A stretch of DNA of 64,000 nucleotides from Octopus sinensis (GCF_006345805.1 NC_043015.1:4898001-4962000), one strand, 5' to 3'; positions 13,634-26,976 are shown, counted from the stretch's first letter. Numbers and translations: made by a program. The notes: a model not told the origin generated them from the sequence alone.

Positions 13634-14083
13634 CATACACGAGTGTAAGCACATAAATGTGTAACAAGATGGATATAATAATACTCAAATAACGTATGTA
13701 GGATAATATGCATTATTCTTGAAGCTGCAAGGACTAAAAAAAAGCAGTTACTCAGCGTCTCACGTTCCCGTTCGTTGGACAGTATTGGTTGAGAATGGAA
13801 ACACAATATGGTTAGATGTATAAGTATACAATTACGTTGATAGATACACATTTTGAAAAGATTTTGTTTCACTGGGCCAATCAACTAACCGGTTATATGA
13901 AATTGCAGTTACGATTTAGAATCATATTATAAAAATATATATGCACACACATAACTTTATTTGATTTTCTAAATGGAAAATGTGGTGTATCATATTTCTA
14001 TACCCGAGATATCGGGATGAGAAACGGCAACAGGCGGAAAAGCAAGTGGAGGATATAGAAAATCAGATAATAAGTAACGAAAA

Positions 14084-14221
14084 CAACAACAGCAGCAGCA
14101 GCAACAACAACAACAACAACAGCAACAACAACAACAGCAACAACAACAACAACAGCAAGAAGAAGAAAAAGAAGAAGAAGAAGAACAACAACAACAACAA
14201 TTGAAGAAGAACAACAACAAT
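14084..14221. repeat. (AAC/AGC)n(AAG)n microsatellite
   Basis: Direct reading. Confidence 0.95.
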
Positions 14222-15196
14222 TGATGAGGATGATGATGATGACTATAACGATGACGATCGTCCTTATGACGAAGAATATGATGAAGATGGTGGTATTAAA
14301 TTTGGGGGAAAGATCTGGAATCATTCTTAGTGGAAGAGTTAAGAAATTATATCAAAGCGAGTGTTACAATAGTGCAAATTTTCTCCATCCTATTTCAGGT
14401 GAAAGTGTAGTATGAACTGAAAAAAGTGGTAGAAATGGAGTTAAGAATCTATATCATATTCTGCTTCCTCGTTAACTCGTAAACTATTAGTTAGTTAATG
14501 AGGTGGATGTGGTGTGTGAGAGAGAGAGGGAGGAGTAAAGAAAATGTGACGAAAAAAATAGAGAAAGGTGATTAATATTAACACACTTGGGCCAAATGTG
14601 TCACATTTTCAGCTGAAGTTAGAGGCGAAGAAAGAGACGACGAGAGAAAAGAAAGAAAGAGAACCGTTAACGACGTGCAGCGAAGTGAGGAAGAAATATT
14701 TATTACGTGATTAAAAAGTTAGCAGAAAAGAAAGTTAGAGAGAGGTGAACTGGGGAGACATTTACATTAAGAGAAAGAGAGACAGAGAGAGAGACAGACA
14801 GACAGAGGCAGACAGCGGTGGTGGTGGTGCGTTGATATTAAAAAAAGTATTTGTTTATTGAACAAATATTTTTATAGCGACGATCGGATACGCATAAATG
14901 CACTATTTATCGTCTGCTCGCTAAAAAAAAATTGATATTTGTTTACAGAGATTGATTTAAATTAAACACTGGATTCACAAGACACATGGTGGCCAGCTGC
15001 CAAAGAAACAATGTGAGGAATATTTAAAAAAAGGGTAAATTTTGAATGCTGCAGACATGCGAAATTTTCCTTTCTTAAATAGGTCTTCCTAAGATTTTCC
15101 ATCCCTTGCAATGTCGATGGGTCAGACAAATATTGTTCAAAGTGCTAATATTTCTGGAAACTCACATCTTAATAACAACAGAAATATTAATAATTA

Positions 15197-15575
15197 AGAG
15201 AAGGAGAAGGAGAAGAAGAAGAAGAAGAAGAAGAAGGAGAAGTTGAAGAAGAAGAAGAAGAAGAAGGAGAAGAAAAAAAAGAAGAAGAAGAAGGAGAGGG
15301 AGAAGAAGAAGGTGATGAAGGAGGAGAAGGAGTAGAAGAAGGAGAAGAAGAAGAAGAAGAAGAAGAAGAGAAGAAGAAGAAGAAGGATGAGCAGAAGAAG
15401 AAGGAGAGGGATGAGGAGAAGGAGAAGAGAAAGGAGAAGAAGAAGAAGAAGAAGAAGAAGGAGAAGGAGAAGAAGATGGAGTAGAAGAAGGAGGAGAAGA
15501 AGAAGAAGAAGTAGAAGAAGAAAAAGAAGAAGAAGAAGAAGAAGATGAAGAAGAAAAAGAAGAAGAAGAAGAAGA
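15197..15575. repeat. About 380 bp (GAA/GGA)n polypurine tract
   Basis: Direct reading. Confidence 0.95.
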
Positions 15576-15747
15576 ATGCAACTAGTATTAGATAAAAATT
15601 CTGCGTCAAAAATATTGCTACGAAAAATTATTATGGCTTCGTCAGCATATGTTTGCATAAAGGTATACAGGTATATATATTTCAAAATGGACACAAACAC
15701 ACGAACGCGCACACACATACACACACTGACACACAATGACAACACAG

Positions 15748-15789
<42 letters not shown>

Positions 15790-15794
<5 letters not shown>

Positions 15795-16910
15795 GTATAT
15801 ATACAGTATGTGAAGATGAGATATAAGTAGGTAGCAAATTAGATTCATTTATTTGCTATGTATCTCAAGTGAACTTTCTTGTAGATACAACAACATGGAG
15901 AATATAATCACATGATCCAGTTTCTCTCCAGAATTGTCTACTCAAATATTGACATTAAGTTTTTGGTTTTGGAAAGATCAAGAATATCTTCGCTCGATAC
16001 ATGGATGCAATTATCAAATTTCTACTCAACTTTACCCTTTTTAGAGCTTAAGAACTTAGAGACATCGATATCTTACTATATCAAACCCTTGCTCATACGC
16101 GTACAGGCCAGTCATATGTATATATATATATATATATGTATATATCTTCTTCCGCTTCTTCTTCATATTTTTATTTCTTTCTCTCCTTCATCTTCTTCTT
16201 CTTCATCATCTTCTTCTTCTTTTTTTCTTCTTCCTCTTCTTTCTTCTTCTTCATCTTCTTCTTTCTTCATCTCTTCTTCCTCTTCTTTCTTCTTCTTCTT
16301 CTTCTTCTTCTTCTTCTTCTTTTAACATAACAATATATATATATATATATATATATCTATATATATATATGTATATATACAGTATGTGAAGATGAGATAT
16401 AAGTAGGTAGCAAATTAGATTCATTTATTTGCTATGTATCTCAAGTGAACTTTCTTGTAGATACAACAACATGGAGAATATAATCACATGATCCAGTTTC
16501 TCTCCAGAATTGTCTACTCAAATATTGACATTAAGTTTTTGGTTTTGGAAAGATCAAGAATATCTTCGCTCGATACATGGATGCAATTATCAAATTTCTA
16601 CTCAACTTTACCCTTTTTAGAGCTTAAGAACTTAGAGACATCGATATCTTACTATATCAAACCCTTGCTCATACGCGTACAGGCCAGTCATATGTATATA
16701 TATATATATATATATGTATATATCTTCTTCCGCTTCTTCTTCATATTTTTATTTCTTTCTCTCCTTCATCTTCTTCTTTCTTCTTCTTCATCATCTTCTT
16801 CTTCTTTTTTTCTTCTTCCTCTTCTTTCTTCTTCTTCATCTTCTTCTTTCTTCATCTTCTTCTTCCTCTTCTTTCTTCTTCTTCTTCTTCTTCTTTTAAC
16901 ATAACAATAT
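15790..16910. repeat. Tandem duplication, about 576-bp unit, two copies
   Basis: CAGTATGTGAAGATGAG at 15804 and 16380 (offset 576); identical ORF starts at 15912 and 16488; differences seen only in the (AT)n and (CTT)n parts. Confidence 0.95.
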
Positions 16911-16915
16911 ATATA

Positions 16916-16962
<47 letters not shown>

Positions 16963-16985
16963 ATATGTATGTATATATTTTATTT

Positions 16986-17213
16986 TTATGTTTCGGAATG
17001 GTCATTTTGCCAGTTTAGCCAATAAAAACACACGCACTATATATTTGGTGTTATTTTGCTTCAGTGTTATCCATTTTTTACGTTAATCTTAACCTTATTT
17101 CGGCCAGAGTTCTTTCGTTGCACTCCTGTGACCGCTTCAGTGGTCCTTTGTTTTCTTCTTCCTTATTTGTGTGTCACCTTACTAACCGTCAAAATGACCA
17201 TTCCGAAAGATAA
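16986..17213. mobile_element. Small element with about 30-bp terminal inverted repeats (MITE-like)
   Basis: TTTCGGAATGGTCATTTTG (16991-17009) is the exact reverse complement of 17190-17208; the match extends outward with one mismatch to TTAT/ATAA. Confidence 0.7.
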
Positions 17214-17281
17214 CAATATCTGTTTCAACACACGGCTTCACATAAAAAATCTTGCACAACAAATATATAAACGTACTATAT

Positions 17282-17324
<43 letters not shown>

Positions 17325-17405
17325 CGTGTGTATGTATGTATATACATGTATATATGTATACACACACATATATATACATATACACATGTACATATGTATA
17401 TATTA

Positions 17406-17475
<70 letters not shown>

Positions 17476-17574
17476 TTGTGTGTGTGTGTGTAAACATATA
17501 TATATATTCATTCATATAAAGATATGTGAAAAAACTAAAATATAAAAACAATACTACTACTACTTCTACTACTA

Positions 17575-17642
<68 letters not shown>

Positions 17643-17643
<1 letters not shown>

Positions 17644-18899
17644 GGATACAGAAAGAAATGACAGAAATATTTAAGGTGGAGTACTTGCGCAGACTGAGAC
17701 TGAGAGTCAAGTTGAAATGAAAGGGACGGAAGAAAATAGAAACTATCAATACCTGGTCGGTTTCACACCTTAGATAGTGAGTAGGGGTAATCGCATGGAT
17801 ATTAGACGAAGGAAATTACTTAGACAGGAAGATAAGGAAGTTGTTAACGAGATAAAGGACACTCTAACGTAAAAGTGATACAGACAGACTATGTCTACCA
17901 AGAAAACGATTGAGAAGAAGGCTAATTGGATGAGAACACAGCATCAGGGTAGTGGAAAATAACATAGGACGGTATATAAAAATGCCACCGAACCGCTTTT
18001 ATCAGAATTAAGAAGGTCAGGCTAGTCTAGGATGAAATATTGCAAAGATAAAGGAATTGAAAACGAAAGAAACTGAAAATAGGTGGGTAAAGAAAAGAAT
18101 GCATGGTCAATTTCATAGGGATATTGAAGATAAGACAGAGAAAAAAGATGCCTTTAGATGATTAAAAGTGATTTAAAACCGGAAAAGGAGGCTCTAATCT
18201 GTGCAGTCCCAGTGCAAGCACTAAGAAGAAATTGCATTATATACAGAATAGACAACGTACCAGAAAGTGATAAGTGCAGAATCTGTGGACAAAACGGTGA
18301 AACCGTACGGCATATTACCAGCCAATGTACGCCACTAGCCAGGAAGGAATATAAGAGACGCCACGACAATATAGCAACGCTTGTCTATTGGATTCATTGC
18401 AACAAGTATGCACTTGACCGAGCGAAAATTTGGTACGACCACCAACACAAAGGCATCATCGAAAATGATTATGCAAAAATCATATGGGATATTATGATTC
18501 AGTGCAACCATGAGGTAGAGAATAGATAGCCAGACATAATCATAATTGAGTAAGAAAGCAATCTATGCCGGATCATAGATATAGCATGTCCAGCTGACAG
18601 CAAGGTATGCAATAAGGAAGAAAGAAAAGGCGAGATATATGGCAGCTTAGCTTGGTAGTTATGGTCGATGAAAAGATTTTTGTTGTACCAATAATTCTCG
18701 GAGCCCTGGGAACAGTGAGTAAAAATCTTGGTAAGTACATCGAACAAATAGGGGCTGCATTAAGGGTGGATCACTTACAGAAAACAGCACTGCTTTGAAA
18801 CACTCGAATACTGCGGAAGGTGTTCGAAAAATAAGTGATGTACCTTAGTTCAGTGGTAGTGAATAGCTGGCAACGGAGTACAAAGACAGTAATAATAAT
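17643..18899 (+). mobile_element. 5'-truncated R4/Dong-like non-LTR retrotransposon
   Basis: EIFKVEYLRRLRL, INTWSVSHLR, LDRKIRKLL, DTDRLCLPRK, DKCRICGQNGETVRHITSQC..RRHD (CCHC), IIWDIMIQCNHEVENR*PDII...IIDIACPAD (RLE PD..D), GALGTV, ILRKVFEK*; short 3' UTR then (TAA)3. Confidence 0.9.
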
Positions 18900-18900
18900 G

Positions 18901-18954
<54 letters not shown>

Positions 18955-18991
18955 GTTATTATTATTATTATTATTTTTATTATTATTATTG

Positions 18992-19025
<34 letters not shown>

Positions 19026-19030
19026 CATTA
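18900..19030. repeat. (ATT)n microsatellite between two converging retrotransposon tails
   Basis: Direct reading. Confidence 0.95.
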
Positions 19031-19036
19031 TGATAC

Positions 19037-20236
19037 TTTTTTTATTGTCAACCAGGTTTGAACACAAAAGAAAGAGAACGATACACAGAGGGAGATAATA
19101 AGGCTAAACTTTTAAACAACAAACAGCATTAACGACTAGATTAAATTAACAACATGTTTCTCCAATAAATGGTGTGCACAGTAAGGTGACCAAAGAGACT
19201 CACGTACTTTGGACCTCATAACGCCAAGTGCTTCACCAAGAAGGCATACTCTACTCTACCTTCCATCCAATTCACAAGCGCACACTTAAAATAGGTGCAT
19301 TCATGCGAGCCTTTCTTACCACATTCTCCCACCTTCCAACAAAATTACTGGGTTACAGTACCTCCCTCTCCAGACACACTTTCTTTTTGAGATGGAATGT
19401 GCACCTCTCCGAATATGTTGTCAGCTTTGTCTTCTACGAATCCGCTATTGGACTCTGATGTGGAATTTCCACCGACAGCATTGCCTAACTGGCCGTGGTC
19501 TGTGAGCTCTTGGAGATACTCTAGGTGCGAAGCTCTTTGCCTCTATCTACGCCAGATCCTAGAATGTAGCTCCGTCATGGAGACGTGCTCTGGAAAAGTG
19601 TGTTCTACAAACGGCGGCCACTCATGTTTGCCGTTAAGGTATCGCTGGAGATGTCGCAACTTCAGAACATGTGTGAGCATCCTCATCCAGGGCATGCCCA
19701 GTCCTCCGTGCGACGGGTGCTCATAGCAAATGCACTGTCTGATAAGCGGTACCTGTCTCTTCCAAAGAAAGCGGAAGAGCAAACGCACCAATCCGTCAGG
19801 CACGAAGCGGGGCAAGGGAAACAGACACATGGTAATATATGACGAATGTGATGTACGCATTCGCCACCTCCTCCCGACCTTTCAGGGAAAGCTTCCTCTC
19901 GGCCTATTTCTGGGTGAGATTTGTCACCCTCTCTGTCAACCGGCTCCAGTTCTTGTTTACCTGGAGATCCGGACCGAAACAGATCCCGAGCAGCTTAACA
20001 GGTCCTCCGTCCACCGCCCCACCAAGCTGTTGGTTGGCATGTGCCTGCCTCTACAGGTGCCGAGGTACAGACCCACAGAAATGATCAGCCAGAATAAAAT
20101 GATCTCATAGCTAATAATTTCTTCCATCACCGATTCGTATTCCCTCAGGATAGTGCCGACCAACTTGATATCAGAGATATCCGACGCTCTCACGGTGACG
20201 TCGTCCGAATACTTTGGGACGGAGAACCAAGGTTCG
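19037..20236 (-). mobile_element. 5'-truncated Tx1/L1-like LINE (RT C-terminal half plus 3' UTR)
   Basis: KYSDDVTV (YADD), VGTILREYE, GPVKLLGICFGPDLQVNKNW, RKLSLKGREEVANAYI, LFRFLWKRQVPLIRQCICYEHPSHGGLGMP; AATAAA at 19041-19046 (minus) and an A run at the 3' end. Confidence 0.85.
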
Positions 20237-20248
20237 AAACTTCCCCAA

Positions 20249-20293
20249 AACACCTGATGAAGCTGGGGGGGGGGGTATATCAGCCGAAGCGTC
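20249..20293 (+). ncRNA. Damaged minimal hammerhead motif (Penelope-like pLTR relic)
   Basis: AACAC-CTGATGA-A-GCTG-(G-run TATAT)-CAGC-C-GAAGC-GTC: CUGAUGA intact, 4-bp stem II, GAAA>GAAG, no 3' stem I strand. Confidence 0.5.
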
Positions 20294-21169
20294 AATTATA
20301 AATAATGCAAATACTGCACATAATTCCTCTTCTCTTAAATACAGAACTGAATAACAACAACAAAAATAACACTGATTATTATTATTACCGTTATTATTAG
20401 CATCATCATTATTATTTTTATTATCATCATCACTGAGTGAGAGAGCAGTACACTCAGTAAAATATACGAACCCCTGTATATTCGTCGTGACTACCAGCAT
20501 ATGTATCCACCGACTAGGTTGCTGCTATTGAAGTAATCTTAAAGATATGATTAACAGTTTTCACATTGGTAACAGAAAACAGATGGATTGTGTCCAAATT
20601 TATAAATATATCAATTCGAAATTTCTAAGGAGATTTCGGTTTTGTTTCTGTGCTTTTGCGGCACTAGTTCCACTGTCATTTCGTTTTCGATATGTTATCG
20701 TATTAGATACTTCACACCTGCAAGATACAATAGTGTAATTTGTATTTACTGATTAGATCTAAATATATAATTAGCATTTAAATACAAAAGAATAAAGCAT
20801 TTTCCAAATCTCCACAAACATTTACTTCGCTCATTTCTCTATTTCCTCTACATCACATAATGAATGCTATGATACCTAGCTATTGAGTAAAATAACTCAT
20901 ACAAATGTTCTGTGAAGACAGAGTAACTAAATGATATTTTAGCTAACTGCCAAAAAATGGCTGCTGGAAGATAATGAAAAACAAGAAAAAAACTGAATCA
21001 TTTATAATATCGATACTGATATAAATATCTGAAACACCTGCGTGGTATACAGAGGATACTCAATCCATACATTTGTAATTACGTCATATCCTGATATTAA
21101 GTGAAATTTTAATGAGAAACGTAGGGAATGACAGCTCCACTCTCAGAGGAAGTTCCCATACAAAGTATT

Positions 21170-21480
21170 CATGTGTTGCCAAATATTCATTCAAAGCCTT
21201 TCTCATATAGGGTGGATCATCAAAATCCTGCACGAAAAGCATTTTACATACCATAAAAAATGTTACTCAGCCGATATTTTTCAAGAAAACTTCAGCTACA
21301 TGATAATATCATTGGCCTCAGCCTTGCAAAAAGTTGCCTCATGTTACATTTCGAAGGCTATTCTTTTGCAATCCAGCAGAAATGTTTATCTGACGAAAAT
21401 TTCGGCAACCATTTACACCTTCAAATGCGACAGAAAAAAAAAAATTTCGTCTGATGTATTTGTGGCAGATATAAAACATA
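21170..21480 (+). mobile_element. R4-like RLE element relic (related to the 56200 copy)
   Basis: LHFEGYSFAIQQKCLS matches SHFEGYAFAIQEQVIS at about 56400 at protein and DNA level. Confidence 0.55.
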
Positions 21481-22542
21481 CGATAGGAAGCTAAAGATTT
21501 TAGCACAAGGTTACCAAGTTGGGATACGTCAAAACATTAGCTCGGTTATTCAATACATATTTTCATGCACACGCATACACGGACACACTCACAAGGAATT
21601 TTAACCTAACGTTTCAATCAAACCTTCGATTCAATGTAAAAAAAACAAACAGTCTTGATATAATAGTTTATGATTGAAAAGAAAGGAAAAATGCGGTAAA
21701 ATCGGAGAGGTTAGCACTGAAGATATGTAGATACAATAATTATTTTACAAATAATGGAGACTATTTTGTGGATAACTGCCCATAAACCGCAGTTGCTCTA
21801 TCGTGGGACACTTGATTATGTTTAAGAGTCTATTACGATTCTTAGAGTAGTGTGTCTAGACAAAGGAATCGGTTTGCTAATATAAACACTATCTGCATAA
21901 AATATGCGAGGCATTTCTCTTTATGGTACGTTATTACATAATCAGCGAACTTTGTTTTCAAATGCAAACGGCTAACTATGTTTCTTTGTTATTGACCAAA
22001 TATTTACTTCTCGGAATGCTTCAAACCATTTATCTAACATGAAATAGATACAATTCTGCCTACATTCTCACTCATACCACCAATACACCTACCCACGTCT
22101 GCATTCACAGAAACCCAAGCCTACACTTACTCACACAAATAACCATGTATATCCAAGGTTCTTTCTAAGTTTTATCCATTCGTTAGTCACCTGACCTTTC
22201 CGAACTTGGTTAGTCAAACGGGGTGTTTACATACCCCAATACAATAATATTTATTCTTTTAGTATTAGGTAAAATATACTTATTAGGTTATTTCAATCAT
22301 TGCTGGGAAGTTTGAAATCCTTGAAGTTGATCGCTATAAATATAAAACAATACAATACTATTTTGTTTATAACATAAAGGACAAACTAAAACAGTTTAGA
22401 TTCAGATTACATTTATTTTGAAAATATTAACAGAATACACTATTTGGGGGGATCTGTAAATATTTGTGATAAATATTAACATTAAAAACTAATATAACAG
22501 ACAATTTCTATAATGATATGCATTGAATCAAAATTTGATACG

Positions 22543-22740
22543 CGTTAGTCACATGGGATGACTAAACAAAAACGTTGTCTAACTTCCCCGATAACTGAGC
22601 TACGCCTGCGATACACCACCAGCTACATACCCTCACAGAGTTAGAAGAGTAAAGAAAAGGAGCAAAATATATAGTTGCCAAATGGAAATTACAAGCATTT
22701 ACAAAACTTTGGGATGAATACGCATCCCATGTGTCTAACG
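22543..22740. mobile_element. About 200-bp element with 18-bp inverted termini and internal hairpins
   Basis: CGTTAGTCACATGGGATG (22543-22560) versus CATCCCATGTGTCTAACG (22723-22740), one mismatch. Confidence 0.55.
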
Positions 22741-22929
22741 AAGGTTTAAATCGTTAATTATCCTCAATACATTTAATTCAAAAAATATATTCTTCACTTT
22801 TCTTGACTTCTTGCCAGCAATGTCTTTATGGAAGACATTATTTATTAGGTCTTGACTCAAGGAATTCATCGAGCTACGTTTTCAATTCTACAATATTAAG
22901 CAGAAAGCCTCGAAGATGAGCTAGTATAT

Positions 22930-23410
22930 ATGAGGAGATTTGCGATGGTGTGATATAACTTTACTTTCGAGCAATTGAACAGCATTTCTGGTAAAAATAC
23001 TGGCTTAGTGGAAAGCGACACCGACATAAAGAAGCATTTAATTTTACGGTCGGATCGTTTCAGTTGGACAGCCTCGTTAAGGAGGTGCGACATATTGAGC
23101 GCAATACTCTGCATTGACCGTGTGGTTGTTTTCAAGCATTTTATAGTGGATTAGCCCTCCTTAGTCCCACAAAGTCAGACCAGTATCCTCCATGGCTGCA
23201 GATCTGACACGGTTCGTGCTTCCACTTGCAACCAGTCTTTCTTTGCTTCATATTGATGTAATGACACCATATGTCATAACCGGTGGCAATGCGGTAAAGA
23301 ATTTCTATTTCTGCCCACGAATAATATCTTGCTGTTCATCACGTAGATTAGCAGCTACCGAGAAGCTGGTAATCTCGATTATAACGCATCCTGGTGAATA
23401 ATATCATTTA
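22930..23410 (+). mobile_element. Highly decayed mariner transposase relic
   Basis: Across frameshifts: QLDSLVKEVR, YPPW/ADLTRF/CFHL (cf. HPPYSPDLAPSDFHLF), QLPRSW/IITHPGE*YHLID (cf. KLPERW..V...GEYIID). Confidence 0.45.
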
Positions 23411-23772
23411 ATCGACTCACGTTGAACGAAACAGACCAGCCGGAAAGAGAAGAATCCCTGATCAAACTTCTCCTCCTTAAGCCTAAAATCCATTTCTGCG
23501 CGGTGATATAACTAATAGCATTGTCTCCTTAAGCAGTTTTAGAACTTTGATTGAAAGGGAAGAGAATCTGTTCGTGGTTTTCTTCTTGACAATGCATTAT
23601 CATATAGACATATGATAAACAATGATAAAGAATGATAAACAAAGTAGATGAAGTGAGAAAAATCTCAAAAGATTACGCTAAAAATATTTTCATTGTCTAT
23701 TCGAATATCATATCAGAAAATGTGCAAATTTACTTCACAATCCAATGTATATATATATATATTATATATATA

Positions 23773-23838
<66 letters not shown>

Positions 23839-25159
23839 GTGTGTGTATGTATGTATGTATGTATGTGTGTGTGTGTATGTATGTATGTATGTATGTGTGT
23901 GTGTATGTATGTATGTATGTCTGTGTGTATATATGTATGTATGTTTCTATGTATGTATGCATCTATATCTGTAACCATACATACATAGATACATATATAC
24001 GATTATGCATATCTACATAGATATTTAGAATCTTATACAACACTCAGATACAAAAACAAATGTTATATATAGATATAAATTTATACATAAATTATTTCAT
24101 CCAGTTAATATTTAAAATGTTGAATCAATATTCTTGTCTCTATTAAATTGGAAGTTTAGCCCCCAAATCACAATTTTACTCGCAAACATATAAAACATAT
24201 AAATTCCAGCTGTGACCAGGCAATTTTCTTCGTTCATATTCTATTTAGCACAGTATTATATAAAATGTTTTAGGCGATTAGATTAGTTTTTCTAGAAGTC
24301 CGTGGAAGCATTAACAGAATTTCTACAGTGGCTCTTCAGTGAACAGAGATAAAAATATTTCAAATATTGCTGTTGGTCAACATATATTTAATTCAATTAG
24401 ATTATTACCAGCATGGCTTGCCACTGTGGAGTCTACAGCACTTACTGATCAATGTACACTTCTGTTCTCTTTCAGAGGGAAGACATATTTTCGCCTTTCA
24501 ACGTTGAAGTTTATGTAGTTTGTACTAGAATTCAATTTCATGGTTGCGCAATCAAATTATCTTTCTCTTCCAACCCTCCTTATATATTACATGTTATTTC
24601 TCTAACACATGTGTATTACTTATAACGAATAGAGTAAATATTCGTTTAGTGTTGCTTTGGTTACTACAGTCTGTTCCTTTCATCTTATACTTTCTCTATA
24701 TCTCTCTGTCAATGTCATTCATATATATATATACATAAAACTATATACAGAAATATATATGTATATGTATGCATATATATCACGGACTTTTTCTCATCTC
24801 TCCTTCTCTCTCTCTTTCTCTCTCTCTTTATATACATACATAAGTATAAGTATATATATATATATATATATATACTGATATTGATCACGTATATCGATAA
24901 ATTTAAGAATTGGATTATATCATTAGAAGCACAAATATAATACACAAAGGGATACTTCATGTACAAATATACATTACCACAACCACACATGTCGACATAC
25001 AGACAAAAATGATATAGTTGCCATATATACGTAATGTAAAGCAATTATATAAACCTGCCTGTATGCATTGGCGTATGTACTACGCTAGGTTAGAAATTGT
25101 ACGCACTCACGCTTTAGTAATTTATTAAACTGAAACCAAGGCTCGAAAAATTTCAATTA

Positions 25160-26000
25160 TTATTCAATGTAGTCACATTGCTTTTAGATGCAGTTTTTTG
25201 AGCTGTCCACAAATTTACTTATTCTATCGGAGACGAACGATTTTAAGTTAGTCGCACAGTCATTTATGCTTGCTGCACTTCAGCTCTTCTTCCGTCGCAA
25301 ATCGATGATCTCGTTAATGATATTTCAGCTGTCCAAATTGTTGATAGTGGGAAGGGGCAACATCTAGACAGTATGCAGAATGTTCCAGAAACTAGAAACA
25401 CAATTTTGCAATGCTTTCAACTGGGTGAGGAAGTTACGTGTGTGGAATTGTCGTGAAAAAATAGCCTTTGATTTGACAATGGACCTCGCTCTTTGGTGTG
25501 AATTGCTGGTTTCAGTTTGTCAAGTAGCATGTCATTCTAACTTAGAGTAGTGATTATAGACGCGTTTTCCAGATAATATTCCAGTATGGCCCATTTTGCG
25601 TCCCGAAATCGTCTAGCATACCTATTCATACGAAATATTGAGTCTTGGATTTCTTTTTAGCTGGCGATTCCAGGTGATTTTATTCCATACTCTGCCTTTG
25701 GATTCTCGCTCAAAGTGAGGGACCCAGTTCTCATCTTCTAAGATTTTACTCTCTATAACAAGTTTGCCTTCATATTTGTAGTAGTACAGAAGGCGTTGAC
25801 ACATCTCCATACCTTTGTACGTACGTGATTCTGTAAACGTCCCCTCATATCCATCTCACACATACTCTATGGAAGCGATTCTTGTCGTGGAGTATTCTGT
25901 ATACAGGACCATGGCCAATTTCCAGAAACCGTTGTCACTCGTCAGTTCCCCAGAAACATCCCTCTAGCTTGTTGTATTTGCACATGAATAGTGAAGGTTG
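25160..26000 (-). mobile_element. Mariner transposase relic (catalytic domain)
   Basis: EDENWVPHFERESK (DETW motif), FFHDNSTH (HDNA), CLDVAPSHYQQFGQLK (SPDLAPSDY), RFATEEELK, FFSDRISKFVD..KQCDYIE*. Confidence 0.85.
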
Positions 26001-26976
26001 ACGGACATCCTTCTCCCTTTTCGTATTTCATGCTTCTCCGGTCATTTCTAAACTTCTTGGACAACACAATACATAACTATCGCTGCTTTGTACTGGGTAT
26101 TATGTCATGTTAAGCAGTTGTAACGAGTTAATGGTCAGATTACCTGAATGCTGCAGATATAAATACAGTTCCAGAAATATATCATGAGTGTTTGGTGTGT
26201 CTGCTTGATGGTTAAGCTTGCTAGGAGCAGTAAGTACAAATTAATGTTAAGATCTGAAAAAGTAAAATATCTGTAAGGTAGATGTTTCTGACGGGACAAT
26301 GTATTGAGTGATACATTTACGAAGTATGATTACTTCAGAGATGCGAGATATTAAAAGTTTTCAATGCAGGGAGAGTTAGAGTCAAATATTTGCTGGTATT
26401 ATATGAAATTAGGTGAACGTGTTATGGTGAATGATGGATATAGACTATAATCTAGAGAATATGGGCCGTGTTATCGTCACAATATGCGTGAAAGACGTGA
26501 GAAGTAAGGAAAGTGAAGTCTACATATGCGCAGACACCATATTTTTAAGAGAATTTTGTGGAAAGAGTGAAACTCAGATTGCGGACAGGAATTTTGGGTA
26601 GGAGTTGAGAAATTTTCATTTCACAAAGATATAGCATGTGTGATAATGATTATAGTAAAAAAAGTTGTGTTGGATTTAGTTTGGCGATAAGAGCACGCAT
26701 ACTTCATAAGAGGGAGAGAACTCACCAAAGGAAATCAGCTTCTTTCCGGTGAATGGATCCTATACGGATTATGGGTTTGGAAGCTTGCAATATACTAGAA
26801 TCACAAGACAGTAATTAAATACCGTGTGGTGGGGTTAAATAGGAAAGCATATTGCACCTAACCTTGCCCTACAAATCAAAAAATAACGGGAGAAATTACC
26901 CTACACTATTCAAGAGAGCTACGTTACGGGTGAGAAAAATAAGTGTTCGAAATACTAATGATGGCATCCTGGGAGT

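Noticed and set aside
15912-16904. Two identical ORF starts MIQFLSRIVYSNID...
   Set aside because: Product of the 576-bp tandem duplication; no domain, and the frames run into microsatellite.
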